This document shows, one piece after another, positions 38,640-49,270 of a stretch of 64,000 nt of DNA. Both the position numbers and the translations under genes were made by a program. The notes beneath the pieces were generated by a model. That model was not told the origin of the DNA, searched no databases, and worked only from the letters and a program-made list of their open reading frames with translations. The stretch is from the human T2T-CHM13v2.0 reference genome, Homo sapiens: NCBI RefSeq assembly GCF_009914755.1, contig NC_060932.1; one strand, 5' to 3'. Each line of letters begins with the position of its first letter. Positions within the stretch are counted from its first letter, which is position 1.

Positions 38640-39900
38640 AATAGAATACTAAATAAAAAATCAGTATGGATTAAATTTATATTTTCCTCGATACTGAGTA
38701 TTTTTTCTTAGGTTTAGTTTGGGTTTCCTCTTTTATGAGTTGCATATTCATATCCTGCGTCTATTTTTTTCTATTGGTTGTTTGTATTTTTCTTCCACAT
38801 TCATTAAAATTCTTTGCCTATTCTGGATACTAATACTTGGAGGAATTACAGATTGCAAATATCTTCTCAATTTCTTTTCACTTTCTTTCTGGTGTCTTTT
38901 GATGTATAAAAGTATTTACTCTGATGCAGCCAAATTAACTAAGCATTCCCTTTATGGTTTGTGGAGTTTTTAAATTGTTTTTTAAGTCTTATTTCAGGAT
39001 CTTTCTATATCCTAAGGTTACAGAGAATTTTCTCCTATAATTCCCTGACCATCTGATATGGTTTGGATGTGTGCCACTCCAAATTTCATAAGAAATTGTG
39101 ATTCCCAGTGTAGGAGGTGGGGTCTAGTGGGAAGTCTCTGGGTCACAGACAGATCCCCCATGAATGGCTTGGTACTGTCCTCATGGTAATGAGTGAGTTC
39201 TCACTCCATTAGTTCACCAGAGAGCTGGTTGTTTAAAAAAAGTTGGCACCTTCTCCCCTCTCTCTCACTCCTGCTCTCAACAGGTGACACGCCTGCTCCC
39301 ACTTAACCCTCTGCCGTGAGTAAAAGCATCCTGAGACCTCACCAGAAGCCAAGCAGGTGTTTGTGCCATGCTCGTACAGCCTGCAGAACTGTGAGCCAAA
39401 TAAGCTTCTTTTCTTGATAAGTTATCCAGTCTCAGGTTTTCTTTCATAGTAATGCAAAACCAACAAGTACACCACTCTACTTAAAATTGCAACCCTAGCC
39501 CCAGCTCTGCAGGCACTCATTACTTCCCTCTCCCCATTGGCTCTAGTTGTCTTGTTTACTTGTTACTTGTTACTTGTTTCTAAGTTTGCTTGTTTATGTT
39601 TTTATTATGTCTTAATGAATTATATGTATACTTCATAAAAGCAAAGATATTTGTATTTTATTTTCACTGATGTATCCATTATACACACAAAATTGCTTGG
39701 TACAAGTAGATGTTTAATAAATTACAAATGTAATTAGTAAATGGACATTTCTTCTAAAAGTTTAAAAGCTGTGCCTTTTACATTTAAAATTTTAAATTTC
39801 TTGGCATAATTTTTTTGTGTATGTGGCATAAAGTACTATTCTAAATTTTATGTTTTCCAAATGGATAACAAATTGTCCTAGCAGCAGTTTTTCAATAGCC
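38640..39900 (-). mobile_element. L1ME ORF2 fragment (antisense) interrupted by an L2 segment and an MSTB LTR
   Basis: cattcatatcc...ttttctattggttg...gattgcaaatatcttctc; resumes at ~39745 with ttttcttctaaaagttt. Confidence 0.6.
39054..39471 (+). mobile_element. MSTB-like solo LTR
   Basis: tgatatggtttggatgtg...cagcctgcagaactgtgagccaaataa...aagtaca; flanks ccatc/ccact. Confidence 0.9.
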
Positions 39901-40499
39901 CAACAACTCAAACATCTATGTTGCTTCCCTATATATATATATTTTCATATATTGTATTCACTAGAATGCAAGCTCCATGAAATCAGTGACTTTCCTTTGT
40001 TACCTGCTTTTTCCTCATTGCTAGAACCATGCTTATCACGATGGAATATTATACAGAAATAAGAACAAAAATGATCTATAATGGCATGCAGCAATATGAA
40101 AAAAGTCAGAAATATACTGAATTTTAAAAAGCCCAATACTAAAAAAGTACATACCATATGATTTCAGTGATTTAAGTAACAAAATGGGCAATATTAGTAT
40201 ATGCTTAGATGTCAGATAATGGTTATCTTCTGAAAAAGCAGTAGCTGAAAAGAAATAAGAGGGAGGTTTCTGGGTTGCTGATAACATACTGACTCATTGT
40301 TTGTGAATTAAAAAAGTGTGAAGGTTTAATAAATATTTGTTGTGGGGTTCTTTATTCAATTACATTGCTTTGTCCGTGTATGTCTGCATCAATACCAGAC
40401 TGCATTAATTACTAAACTTTTAAATGTCTTCATATTCAAGAGAATGAGTTTTCCATATTGTTCTTATTTATCAAATTTATATTAGCTAAAGTAATCAAG

Positions 40500-41165
40500 C
40501 ATTTATTCTGCTATTTCTGTACAAACTATACTATGGATAATTAAGTAGTAGATAAAGAAATATTTCTTCTTATAGAAGCACTTCAGCTAATAATGAAGAA
40601 GAATTATTATTACAGCATTACAGTATCATTACTTTGCAATGTCTTCTATGTTAATTAATCTAGACATTGATCACCAATGGCTGTTGGCGTTTCAAAGAAA
40701 GATGCAATGAGAATTATATTCTTCCAAATGGAGGAGCACCACCTAAGAAGCAGTCTGACCAAAAATAAAATAAAAAATTGTATCTGAATGGTATCAAGTC
40801 TCCATAAAAACTAGCAATTTACAGAAAATTCAGAGGGCAAAGGAAGATGTTAAACTGCACCATACAATGCAATTAGCACAGTCCAGACTAAGAAACTTTA
40901 TTGTACAAACAACTTGGTTTCTTCAATAAAAACATTATAAGAAAGAAAAAGAGTTGTTGGAGGGGAAATATATAGACTTTCCACCATTTGCAACATGTGA
41001 GACTTATTTGAATCCTGAGACTGTAAAATAATTATTACGTTTGTGAAACAATTGGAAATTTGAACACTGAGTATGTGCCAATGATGATGCAATGGTGGTT
41101 AGTTATAATTTTAACAAGAGTGATACCTTATATTTTAGACATGCAAAATATTATTAATGAAACAA
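40500..41165 (+). mobile_element. L1MC4/5-like 3' region
   Basis: caatttacagaaaattcagagggc...acaaacaacttggtttcttcaataaa...ggaaatttgaacactga. Confidence 0.7.
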
Positions 41166-41292
41166 ATAATTGTCATCTTCAATGTCTCCTGTTAAATTCA
41201 GATGTTCCACTTCAATAAATGTTGATATTTCATTTTGCTACCATTGCAATGAGGGAGGTCGGAGTGGAAGAGGAGGGGAAGTCTGTTGGCAG

Positions 41293-41476
41293 TAGGATTG
41301 CCAAATAAAAATATAGGACACAATTAAATTTGACTTTCAGATAAACAATGAATAATTTTTAGTACTAACGTCTCCCAAATATAGCATGGGATATTCTCTA
41401 CTATAAAAAATATATTATTTTCTCTGAAAATTAAATTTAACTATGTGTCCTTTATTTTTATTTACTAAATCTAGTT
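41293..41476 (+). mobile_element. MER53 palindromic hAT MITE
   Basis: taggattgccaaataaaa...ttaaatttgactttcagataaacaatgaataattttttagta, with a degraded inverted second arm (tctgaaaattaaatttaact). Confidence 0.85.
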
Positions 41477-42399
41477 AGGAGAGATCGCAGTTGATGGGAA
41501 TAGAAACGAAGCAGAATTAAGGGTTTGGAGGAATAGTGATTCTGATGTTGACTTTTCGGACCTTCAGTTACTAACTCCGTCTACATACAGAGCATTCTTA
41601 CACCTGATTCTTCTCTAAAGAGAAAAGGGTTAAAGACTTCTGTTTGTTTTAATTTCAGTGTTAAAATATTATGTCCCCAAGATAGAAGCAGTAATTTTAT
41701 CATTGTTTCTCCTCTACCTTACGTTACTGTAGAGGCTTGCATTTAAACCATTACAGAAACCAAAGTGCCAGTCAGTAGTTCGAAGCAACAGTGCCAACAG
41801 CAGCATCAAAAACTACCAGAGCTTCTTGTAGGCTGCTTTTCATACATCTATGTTCAGTTCTCACATTTTAAATTTTACATAATGCGTTTGTCTTATTAAA
41901 AATGAAAACAAAGAGAAAGCACTTGTGTCCATTAATCTCCTCCAGGTGCTTTATCCTCTCCTGTTTTTTTCTCCTCCAGCTGGTTTTGTATTTCTTATTT
42001 GTTTTTTGCTTTCCAGTCCTTGCATATTTATCTGTTCCTTGAAAAAAATCAACAATTTTTTTAAAGGCCATTAAACCAATCAAAGCTTGGCTATGGTTGC
42101 TAATTTAAGTAGCTCTCCATCTGAATTGGAGCTGCTCTTTTAAATTAAGAAGATTGTTGGTTTATTGGAGGGTCTTACATGTTTCTTCTTCAACTGATGG
42201 CAAGTCATGGGTTTGAATTCCAGTCAATCATATAAAGCTATACCTTGACCTTATATGGCCAATGAGCCCTCACTTGGACTGAAATAATTTCCCATACTAT
42301 TCATTTATTTAAGTCAAGCAGGATCTAGCAACTCAGTGGATGAGACTCACATTTATTAAAACAAGAATCACTCTTCCATTTATGAAAACTTTTTGTAGG

Positions 42400-42570
42400 C
42401 ATTCTGGAACGCAGTCGGGTGCTGTCAGACCCAGGTCTGAATTCCAGCTCTTCCATTCACTTGCTCTGTGACCACAAAATTAATTCACTTGACATCCCTG
42501 AATGTAGGTTTTCTTCTATGTAATGGGGAAAATAATACTTAGCTTACAGGTGTGCTGTTGTTGAATTTAC
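42400..42570 (+). mobile_element. MIR
   Basis: gtcagacccaggtctgaattccagctcttccattcacttgctctgtgacc. Confidence 0.75.
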
Positions 42571-42604
42571 GTAGACAAAGCCAGTCTACGGAATTTTTAG
42601 GTAA

Positions 42605-43210
42605 AACCCTTGGTGGGAATGTACAATCATTTTAGGAAACATTTTGGAAGCTTACTTGAATTTAAATATGCACCTACCGTATTACCTTGCTATTCCATTG
42701 CTATTTACCAAAAAGAAATAAAAGCATTTGTCCATACTAAGACCTATACAACAATGTTCATAGCAGTTTCGTTGGTAATAAATAAGATGTGGATTCAATC
42801 AAAGTGTTCATTAATAGGTGAATTGATGAGCAACTTGTGGTACATTCAAACTCTGTGCTACTCTTCAGCCATGAAGTGAAATTAACTAATGACACATGCA
42901 ACAACTTGGTGAATCTCAAGATAAATATACTGAATAGAAGAAACCAGAATAATATTGTATGATTATACTCACATAAAAGTCTAGGAAATACAAACTAGAG
43001 TACAGCAACAGAAAGCATATCAGTGCTTGCCTGGGGATAGGAGAGAGGAAGGAAAGAATTACAAAGAAGGCACAAGTAAGCTTTTGGAGGTGATATAATT
43101 GTATGTTACCTTGATTATGGTGATAGTTTCACAGGTATACATATATCAAGATCATGGAAGTACACACTTTACATATGCATGACAATGTACCTCAATAGAG
43201 TTGAAAGAAA
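42605..43210 (+). mobile_element. L1MD/L1ME1-like 3' end
   Basis: IYQKEIKAFVHTKTYTTMFIA peptide followed by an old L1 3'UTR. Confidence 0.8.
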
Positions 43211-44047
43211 CAAAATAGAAACATAAAGTGATATCATGTTGATCAATAAACTCATATCTAATATCCAAAAATAAAAATATTATTTGAGTTTTCCATGAAG
43301 GAATAGGATGTTGATTCTTATATATATTCTGTCTAGGATTTTCTTTGCTTCTGTGCTGTTTCTTTCCAGAAAAACATTCATTATTATCAATTTTTATTGG
43401 AGGGCTTTCAAAATATTTCTAATTCATTATCTTTGTAATTATTTATGGGAATTAAAATTCACATTATATATACATATATAGAGATATTCCACTTTAATAT
43501 GCCAATATTATCCTGCTTGTTACCTATAGTTCTTTGTTTTCCTTTTTCTATCATGAAAGGATTACATTATGCTTGCTTAGAACTCAATATGTTCACTTCC
43601 TAGCCTGCTGCTCTGATACGCAGAAATATCTTTCATGAATCATCACTCCCATATCTAATTCATCTCTTCTAGTTTGCCCAACACTCTTGACCTCTCTTTA
43701 CACATAATTTCATCTGCCAAATGATTCCTACCCTCTGCTCCTTCACCTCTAACAACACCATGAAGACCATGATTCCCTCCCCTTTCCCCACAAATTCTGA
43801 GCAGAATGGCTTGGTGGCTTCCCTTTCTCCACAGCACAAATTACCTAGGAGCATGACAGAAGATGTGTGATGAGCCATTGGTTATAAATAATATAATTTC
43901 ATTGTCTTCATGAAGTTTCCTTAAGAAATGCTAAGAGTAAATTATTAAGATAGAAGGAAAAATATGCTGATGAACATGGTGATGAACAGAAGGAAGAAAG
44001 GTAAAGCAGAGAAGATAAGAAGATAAAGGGAAATGTGACCAAATTCT

Positions 44048-44331
44048 TTGTTGTTGTTGTTGTTAGAGACAGTGTCTTGCTCTGTCACCCTGGCTACAGT
44101 ACAGTGCTGCAGTCATAGCTCACTGTAACTTTAAACTCCTGGGCTCGAGATCTTCCCGCCTCAGCCTCCTGAGTAGCTAGGACAATAGACACATGCCACC
44201 AAACCCAACTACTTTTTAAATCAATTTCTAGAGATATGGTTTTGCTATGTTGCCCAGGCTGGATCAAGCAATCTTCCCACCTCAGCCTTTCAAAGCGCTG
44301 GGATTACAGGAATAAGTCACTGAGCATAGCT
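44048..44331 (-). mobile_element. AluJ
   Basis: (TTG)n tail, catagctcactgtaac...ctcctgggctcg, TSD aaattct. Confidence 0.9.
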
Positions 44332-44419
44332 AAATTCTACCAACTCTATGTAGGCACTAAATAAAGCCGGCACATGAGTCACTTTATGAAATAAGTATCT
44401 TTGAACAGGACTGTGGTCC

Positions 44420-44900
44420 TAACAGTTTACCCTTCCTACAGTCCAACACTCATCCAATCCACACACAGTAGTAAGAGCAATCTTCTAGAAATACGTCAGA
44501 TCACATGTCTCTGTAGCTTAAAATCTTTCAAAGACTCCCCATTGCGCCCACCCATGCTGACTACTAGGGCCCACCCACGCGTCTCTATACGTTCTCATCC
44601 CTGTTTACCCCTCCAACCTCACTTTGCACAGACTATCTTCCCCTCTTTCACTTTGTTCCGAGAAGCTTCACTTTCTTTAGAATATGCCCTATATTCCTTC
44701 TCTGCCACATAGTCTTCATGCATAGTGCTCTCCTCACCACTCTAACTTCCCACCTGGCCAATTCCAGATCACTCTTCCAGTTTTAGTTTAATGGTTAGCA
44801 TTTTCATGAGGTCCTTGAGGAAGCATCAGTCTAAATTATACATTCCTCTTACACAACGTTGTGAAAGTTGTTTAATGAGTAAATGAACAAATAGATAGAT
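44420..44900 (+). mobile_element. L2 fragment
   Basis: gagcaatcttctagaaatacgtcagatcacatgtctct...cttaaaatctttcaaagactcccc. Confidence 0.7.
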
Positions 44901-45229
44901 GGAAAATGGTCCTATGAGAAATTCTTATCCTCTCATCACACATGAGAAAATACAGGCTCAGAGAGTTTAAATGGTCAAGTTAATACATGCTTGCTCTGTA
45001 GTCATACAAGAAATTACAAGGAAGACAACAAAGAAAAAAAGAGAAGTAAAACCAAGAAAACTCCTTTGTGGAAAATCAGTCAATGTCATGAATATAAGCT
45101 CTGGTATATATTTACTTGCATAGAAAATGTATTTAGTTACATTTACCCTTTAAATTGGAGTTCCTGATTAGGTTCCAATACTGCTCCCTCAAAATTTATG
45201 ATTCCAGACCTTTAGGTGAATAATCCCCA

Positions 45230-45720
45230 GTTGCAATGATTCTGTACTCTGGCTTATATCTGCTAAGTCAACCTGTGGTTTCAGCTGCAACTACCGTGAA
45301 CAGTTCTATGTACACTGTCATTCTCCTCTCTCAGATTTTCCCCTCAAGACTTTTTCCAAGCCCAGGATCTCACCCATTCTCCATGCAGGTGCAGTCTGGA
45401 AATGACGGGGAGTTACTACTGCTGGGGCACCAAACACTGTGTGATGGAGTCGGTGGATAAATGCTCACATCTTTCTGTCTTGCATAAGGACACTTTGGAG
45501 GTGCTGTCTACACTGGCCTTGTAAAGTTCCCAGAGACTCTTACCCACCAGCCTCAGTGGTGGCCACTTCAATAACTGATCAACCCATTATTGTGTTTTCT
45601 TCCTTCCTTGTCCCATTCCCTCTTGCTCACTCTTGCTTCTCAAATACATTTCCCAAATAGACTATGTGCACTCCGGACCTTGTTTTAGGCTCTGCTTTGG
45701 GGAATATCAAAATTAAGACA
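45230..45720 (+). mobile_element. LTR16C-like ERVL LTR
   Basis: gcagtctggaaatgacggggagtta...gatggagtcggtggataaatgctc...aggctctgctttgggg...taagaca. Confidence 0.75.
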
Positions 45721-45729
45721 TCCTCGTTT

Positions 45730-46450
45730 TTTCATTTATTTCAGTATTTAATATGGGCACAGCTGGCTAGTAGAGTACAAGTTAAACGGCATGCCATTAC
45801 CCTTGCAAAATTCAGTGCTTTGTTGGGATACATAGAAATATAAGAATGATATATTATAACATAAGCTTTGTGGTATAAGAATACAAAACACAAATAAAAT
45901 TGGAAAATAAAATCTGAAGCTGCTATTTTAGTGAGAGAATCAGGAACAATTGAACAGATAACAAAGATGGTATTTGAGGGGTTTTTTGAAGGATAAACAT
46001 AAGTTTATCGATAAGATATGGGAGTAGAAAAAAGGCATGAGAGCTGAACAGGTTCAAAAGCACACACTGAATCACAGAAAGACATGATATATATTAGAAA
46101 TAGTGAAACATTCAAAGTATCTGTGCATAGTCACTAGGGTTGAGATCACTAAGGAGGATGCTGCAGAGAGTGAAGTGACATAAATGCCAGGATGAGGGTT
46201 TTAAGGGCTAAATCCCCATTTTTTTATTCAGTACCAATGTGTAAGCATTAGAAGTTTCTAAAAGCAGAGTTACATAATCAGATCTGAGTTTTAGAAAGAT
46301 AATTCTGGTTGCCATAAAGAGAATGAATGAGCTGGAATTGAAAAAAAAAAGTTTAAGCCTGAAAACAAGGAAAGATTATGAAGATGGTATCATTGAGGAT
46401 AGAGAAGGGAGAGAATTCATGAGATATATTTTATTAATAGCAAGACCAGC
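45730..46450 (-). mobile_element. L2 fragment
   Basis: gatggtatttgaggg...tgaaggataa; aatcagatctgagttttagaaagataattctgg. Confidence 0.65.
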
Positions 46451-46597
46451 TTTGAATGTTTCAGGTACTCCACATCTAGGGTTGTTTATTTTTAAATAGT
46501 TGACCCCATAAATCCATAATTCTCTAAATTTGGTTCTGATATTCATAACCTATTCAGACTAACTAATCAACTCCTATACAATAAGCAGGTGACAAAA

Positions 46598-47080
46598 ATG
46601 TTTCAGGTTGATTCTGCTGACAAGATTTGAGATGAATATTTGCACACGTAGGAAGTTTCCTGGGGCATATTCCTGGGGTCAAAGCCTGTGGTACAGCGAA
46701 AGAAGTCAGTTTGGGTGGATGAAAGATTTGAAATGTGACACATGCAAAACAAACCCATCAAACAGTCACATAAGATGAGTTCTAGAGCTGATATGGTCTA
46801 TCACAGTTGTTGTGTCACTCTGCAGTAGGGCACAGGGCCTGTATATCCCCACCCCCAGAAAGAACAGCCACTGGATGTGAGCTGTGGGAAGTGGAATTAA
46901 GACAGCCATTGGATGTGGGCAGGAGGAGTGACCTTGTCCACAGAGGCTTTCTCCTACTCAGAACATTGCTTTGAAAGGGACTGAGCTGAGCTCTGTCAGC
47001 TGCCAACATTCCAGACATCAGTAGGACTCATGAGTGTTTGAGTCCTTAAGGAAGAATCACATCAAGAGTTCACTCTAACT
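46598..47080 (-). mobile_element. LTR16A-like ERVL LTR
   Basis: tgagatgaatatttgcacacgtaggaagttt...gagttctagagctg...ctgagctctgtcagctgccaaca. Confidence 0.7.
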
Positions 47081-47419
47081 GTTATCATACACCCTGTCCT
47101 TTTTATTATGTGGAGGTCCTGGTAGGTTTCAAGGAAGCCAGCTTTAATATGGGACACCCCAAATTTAGTACTATCAGAATACTATCACATTTTAAAGCAG
47201 AAAGAAAAGAAGAGAATAAAGTCCTCCTTTATGAGGTTATTTTGTTGTTGTTGTTCTTTAGAAGATGAACCCAAATACTGTGTAATTTATTATTCTTATT
47301 GGAATGTATAAATTACTCTTTATTTTTTTCTTTGAAGGTTTTTGTCAAAAACAACTCATGAAAACCATCTAAGATTTTTCTAAGCAGTAGCATTAGGAAA
47401 CCTTGACAGAAAACTTCCT

Positions 47420-49063
47420 CCTCTCCCTCTCCCTCTCCCTCTCCCTCTCCCTCTCCCTCTCCGTCTCCCCACGGTCTCCCTCTATTTCCACGGTCTCCCT
47501 CTGATGCTGAGCCGAAGCTGGACTGTACTGCCGCCATCTCAGCTCACTGCAATCTCCCTGCCTGATTCTCCTGCCTCAGCCTGCCGAGTGCCTGCGATTG
47601 CAGGCGCGCGCCACCACGCCTGACTGGTTTTCGTATTTTTTTGGTGGAGACGGGGTTTCGCTGTGTTGGCCAGGCTGGTCTCCAGCTCCTAATCGCGAGT
47701 GATCCGCCAGCCTCGGCCTCCCGAGGTGCCGGGATTGTAGATGGAGTCTCGTTCCCTCAGTGCTCAATGGTGCCCAGGCTGGAGTGCAGTGGCATGATCT
47801 CAGCTCGCTACAACCTCTACCTCCCAGCCGCCTGCCTTGGCCTCCCAAAGTGCCGAGATTGCAGCCTCTGCCCGGCCGCCACCCCGTCTGGGAAGTGAGG
47901 AGCGTCTCTGCCTGGCCGCCCATCGTCTGGGATGTGAGGAGCCCCTCTGCCTGGCTGCCCAGTCTGGAAATTGAGGAGCGTCTCTGCCCGGCCGCCATCC
48001 CATCTAGGAAGTGAGGAGCGTCTCTGCCCGGCCACCCATCGTCTGAGATGTGGGGAGCGCCTCTGCCCCGCCGCCCCGTCTGGGATGTGAGGAGCGCCTC
48101 TGCCCGGCCGCGACCCCGTCTGGGAGGTGAGGAGCGTCTCTGCCAGGCCGCCCCATCTGAGAAGTGAGGAGACCCTCTGCCTGGCAACCGCCCCATCTGA
48201 GAAGTGAGGAGCGTCTCCGCCCGGCAGCCACCCCGTCCGGGAGGGAGGTGGGGGTCAGCCCCCGCCAGGCCAGCCGCCCCGTCCGGGAGGGAGGTGAGGG
48301 GGTCAGCCCCCCGCCCGGCCAGCCGCCCCGTCCGGGAGGGAGGTGGGGGGATCAGCCCCCCGCCCGGCCAGCTCCCCCGTCCGGGAGGGCGGTGGGGGGG
48401 GGTCAGCCCCCCGCCCGGCCAGCCGCCCCGTCCGGGAGGTGAGGGGCGCCTCTGCCCGGCCACCACTGCTGGGAAGTGAGGAGCCCCTCTGCCCGGCCAC
48501 CACCCCGTCTGGGAGGTGTGCCCAGCGGCTCATTGAGAACGGGCCATGATGACAGTGGCAGTTTTGTGGAATAGAAAGGGGGGAAAGGTGGGGAAAAGAT
48601 TGAGAAATCGGATGGTTGCCGTGTCTGTGTAGAAAGAAGTAGACATGGGAGACTTTTCATTTTGCTCTGTACTAAGAAAAATTCTTCTGCCTTGGGATCC
48701 TGTTGATCTGTGACCTTACCCCCAACCCTGTGCTCTCTGAAACATGTGCTGTGTCCACTCAGGGTTAAATGGATTAAGGGCGGTGCAAGATGTGCTTTGT
48801 TAAACAGATGCTTGAAGGCAGCATGCTCGTTAAGTGTCATCACCACTCCCTAATCTCAAGTACCCAGGGACACAAACACTGCAGAAGGCCTCAGGGTCCT
48901 CTGCCTAGGAAAACCAGAGACCTTTGTTCACTTGTTTATCTGCTGACCTTCCCTCCACTATTGTCCTATGACCCTGCCAAATCCCCCTCTACGAGAAACA
49001 CCCAAGAATGATCAATTAAAAAAAAATAAAAATAAAAATAAAAATAAAAGAAAAAAAAAAAAA
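47420..49063 (+). mobile_element. Full-length SVA (SVA_D-like)
   Basis: (CCCTCT)n head, antisense Alu-like region, GC-rich VNTR (~47870-48515), SINE-R, poly(A), 12-bp perfect TSD AGAAAACTTCCT (47408-47419 and 49064-49075). Confidence 0.97.
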
Positions 49064-49178
49064 AGAAAACTTCCTTGTTTTAAAGTGTTGTTGATCCAGA
49101 CTGTCAAATAATGACCAACGTTGATATCGAGAAAAGAAGTCTTAAATCACTACATCTACTGCAGTATCAGGTAGGTAC

Positions 49179-49270
49179 CCATAGCCAGCAGCTTCCTTAA
49201 TATAAGTAAATAACTGAGTGTTTTATCCATAGTCAGCAGCTTCCTTAATATAAGTAAATAACTGGGTGTT
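49179..49270. repeat. Tandem duplication, 44-bp copies, period 48, 2 mismatches
   Basis: ccatag(c/t)cagcagcttccttaatataagtaaataactg(a/g)gtgtt at 49179 and 49227. Confidence 0.95.

Noticed and set aside
41293-41476. Long imperfect hairpin as a possible miR-1302-family precursor
   Set aside because: Explained by the palindromic MER53 MITE; the segment corresponding to the mature miRNA is degraded (atgggatattctctact)
47576-48846. 296-aa and other overlapping Pro/Gly/Arg-rich ORFs
   Set aside because: They are readings of the GC-rich SVA VNTR and Alu-like region, which lacks stop codons by composition; not evidence of a gene
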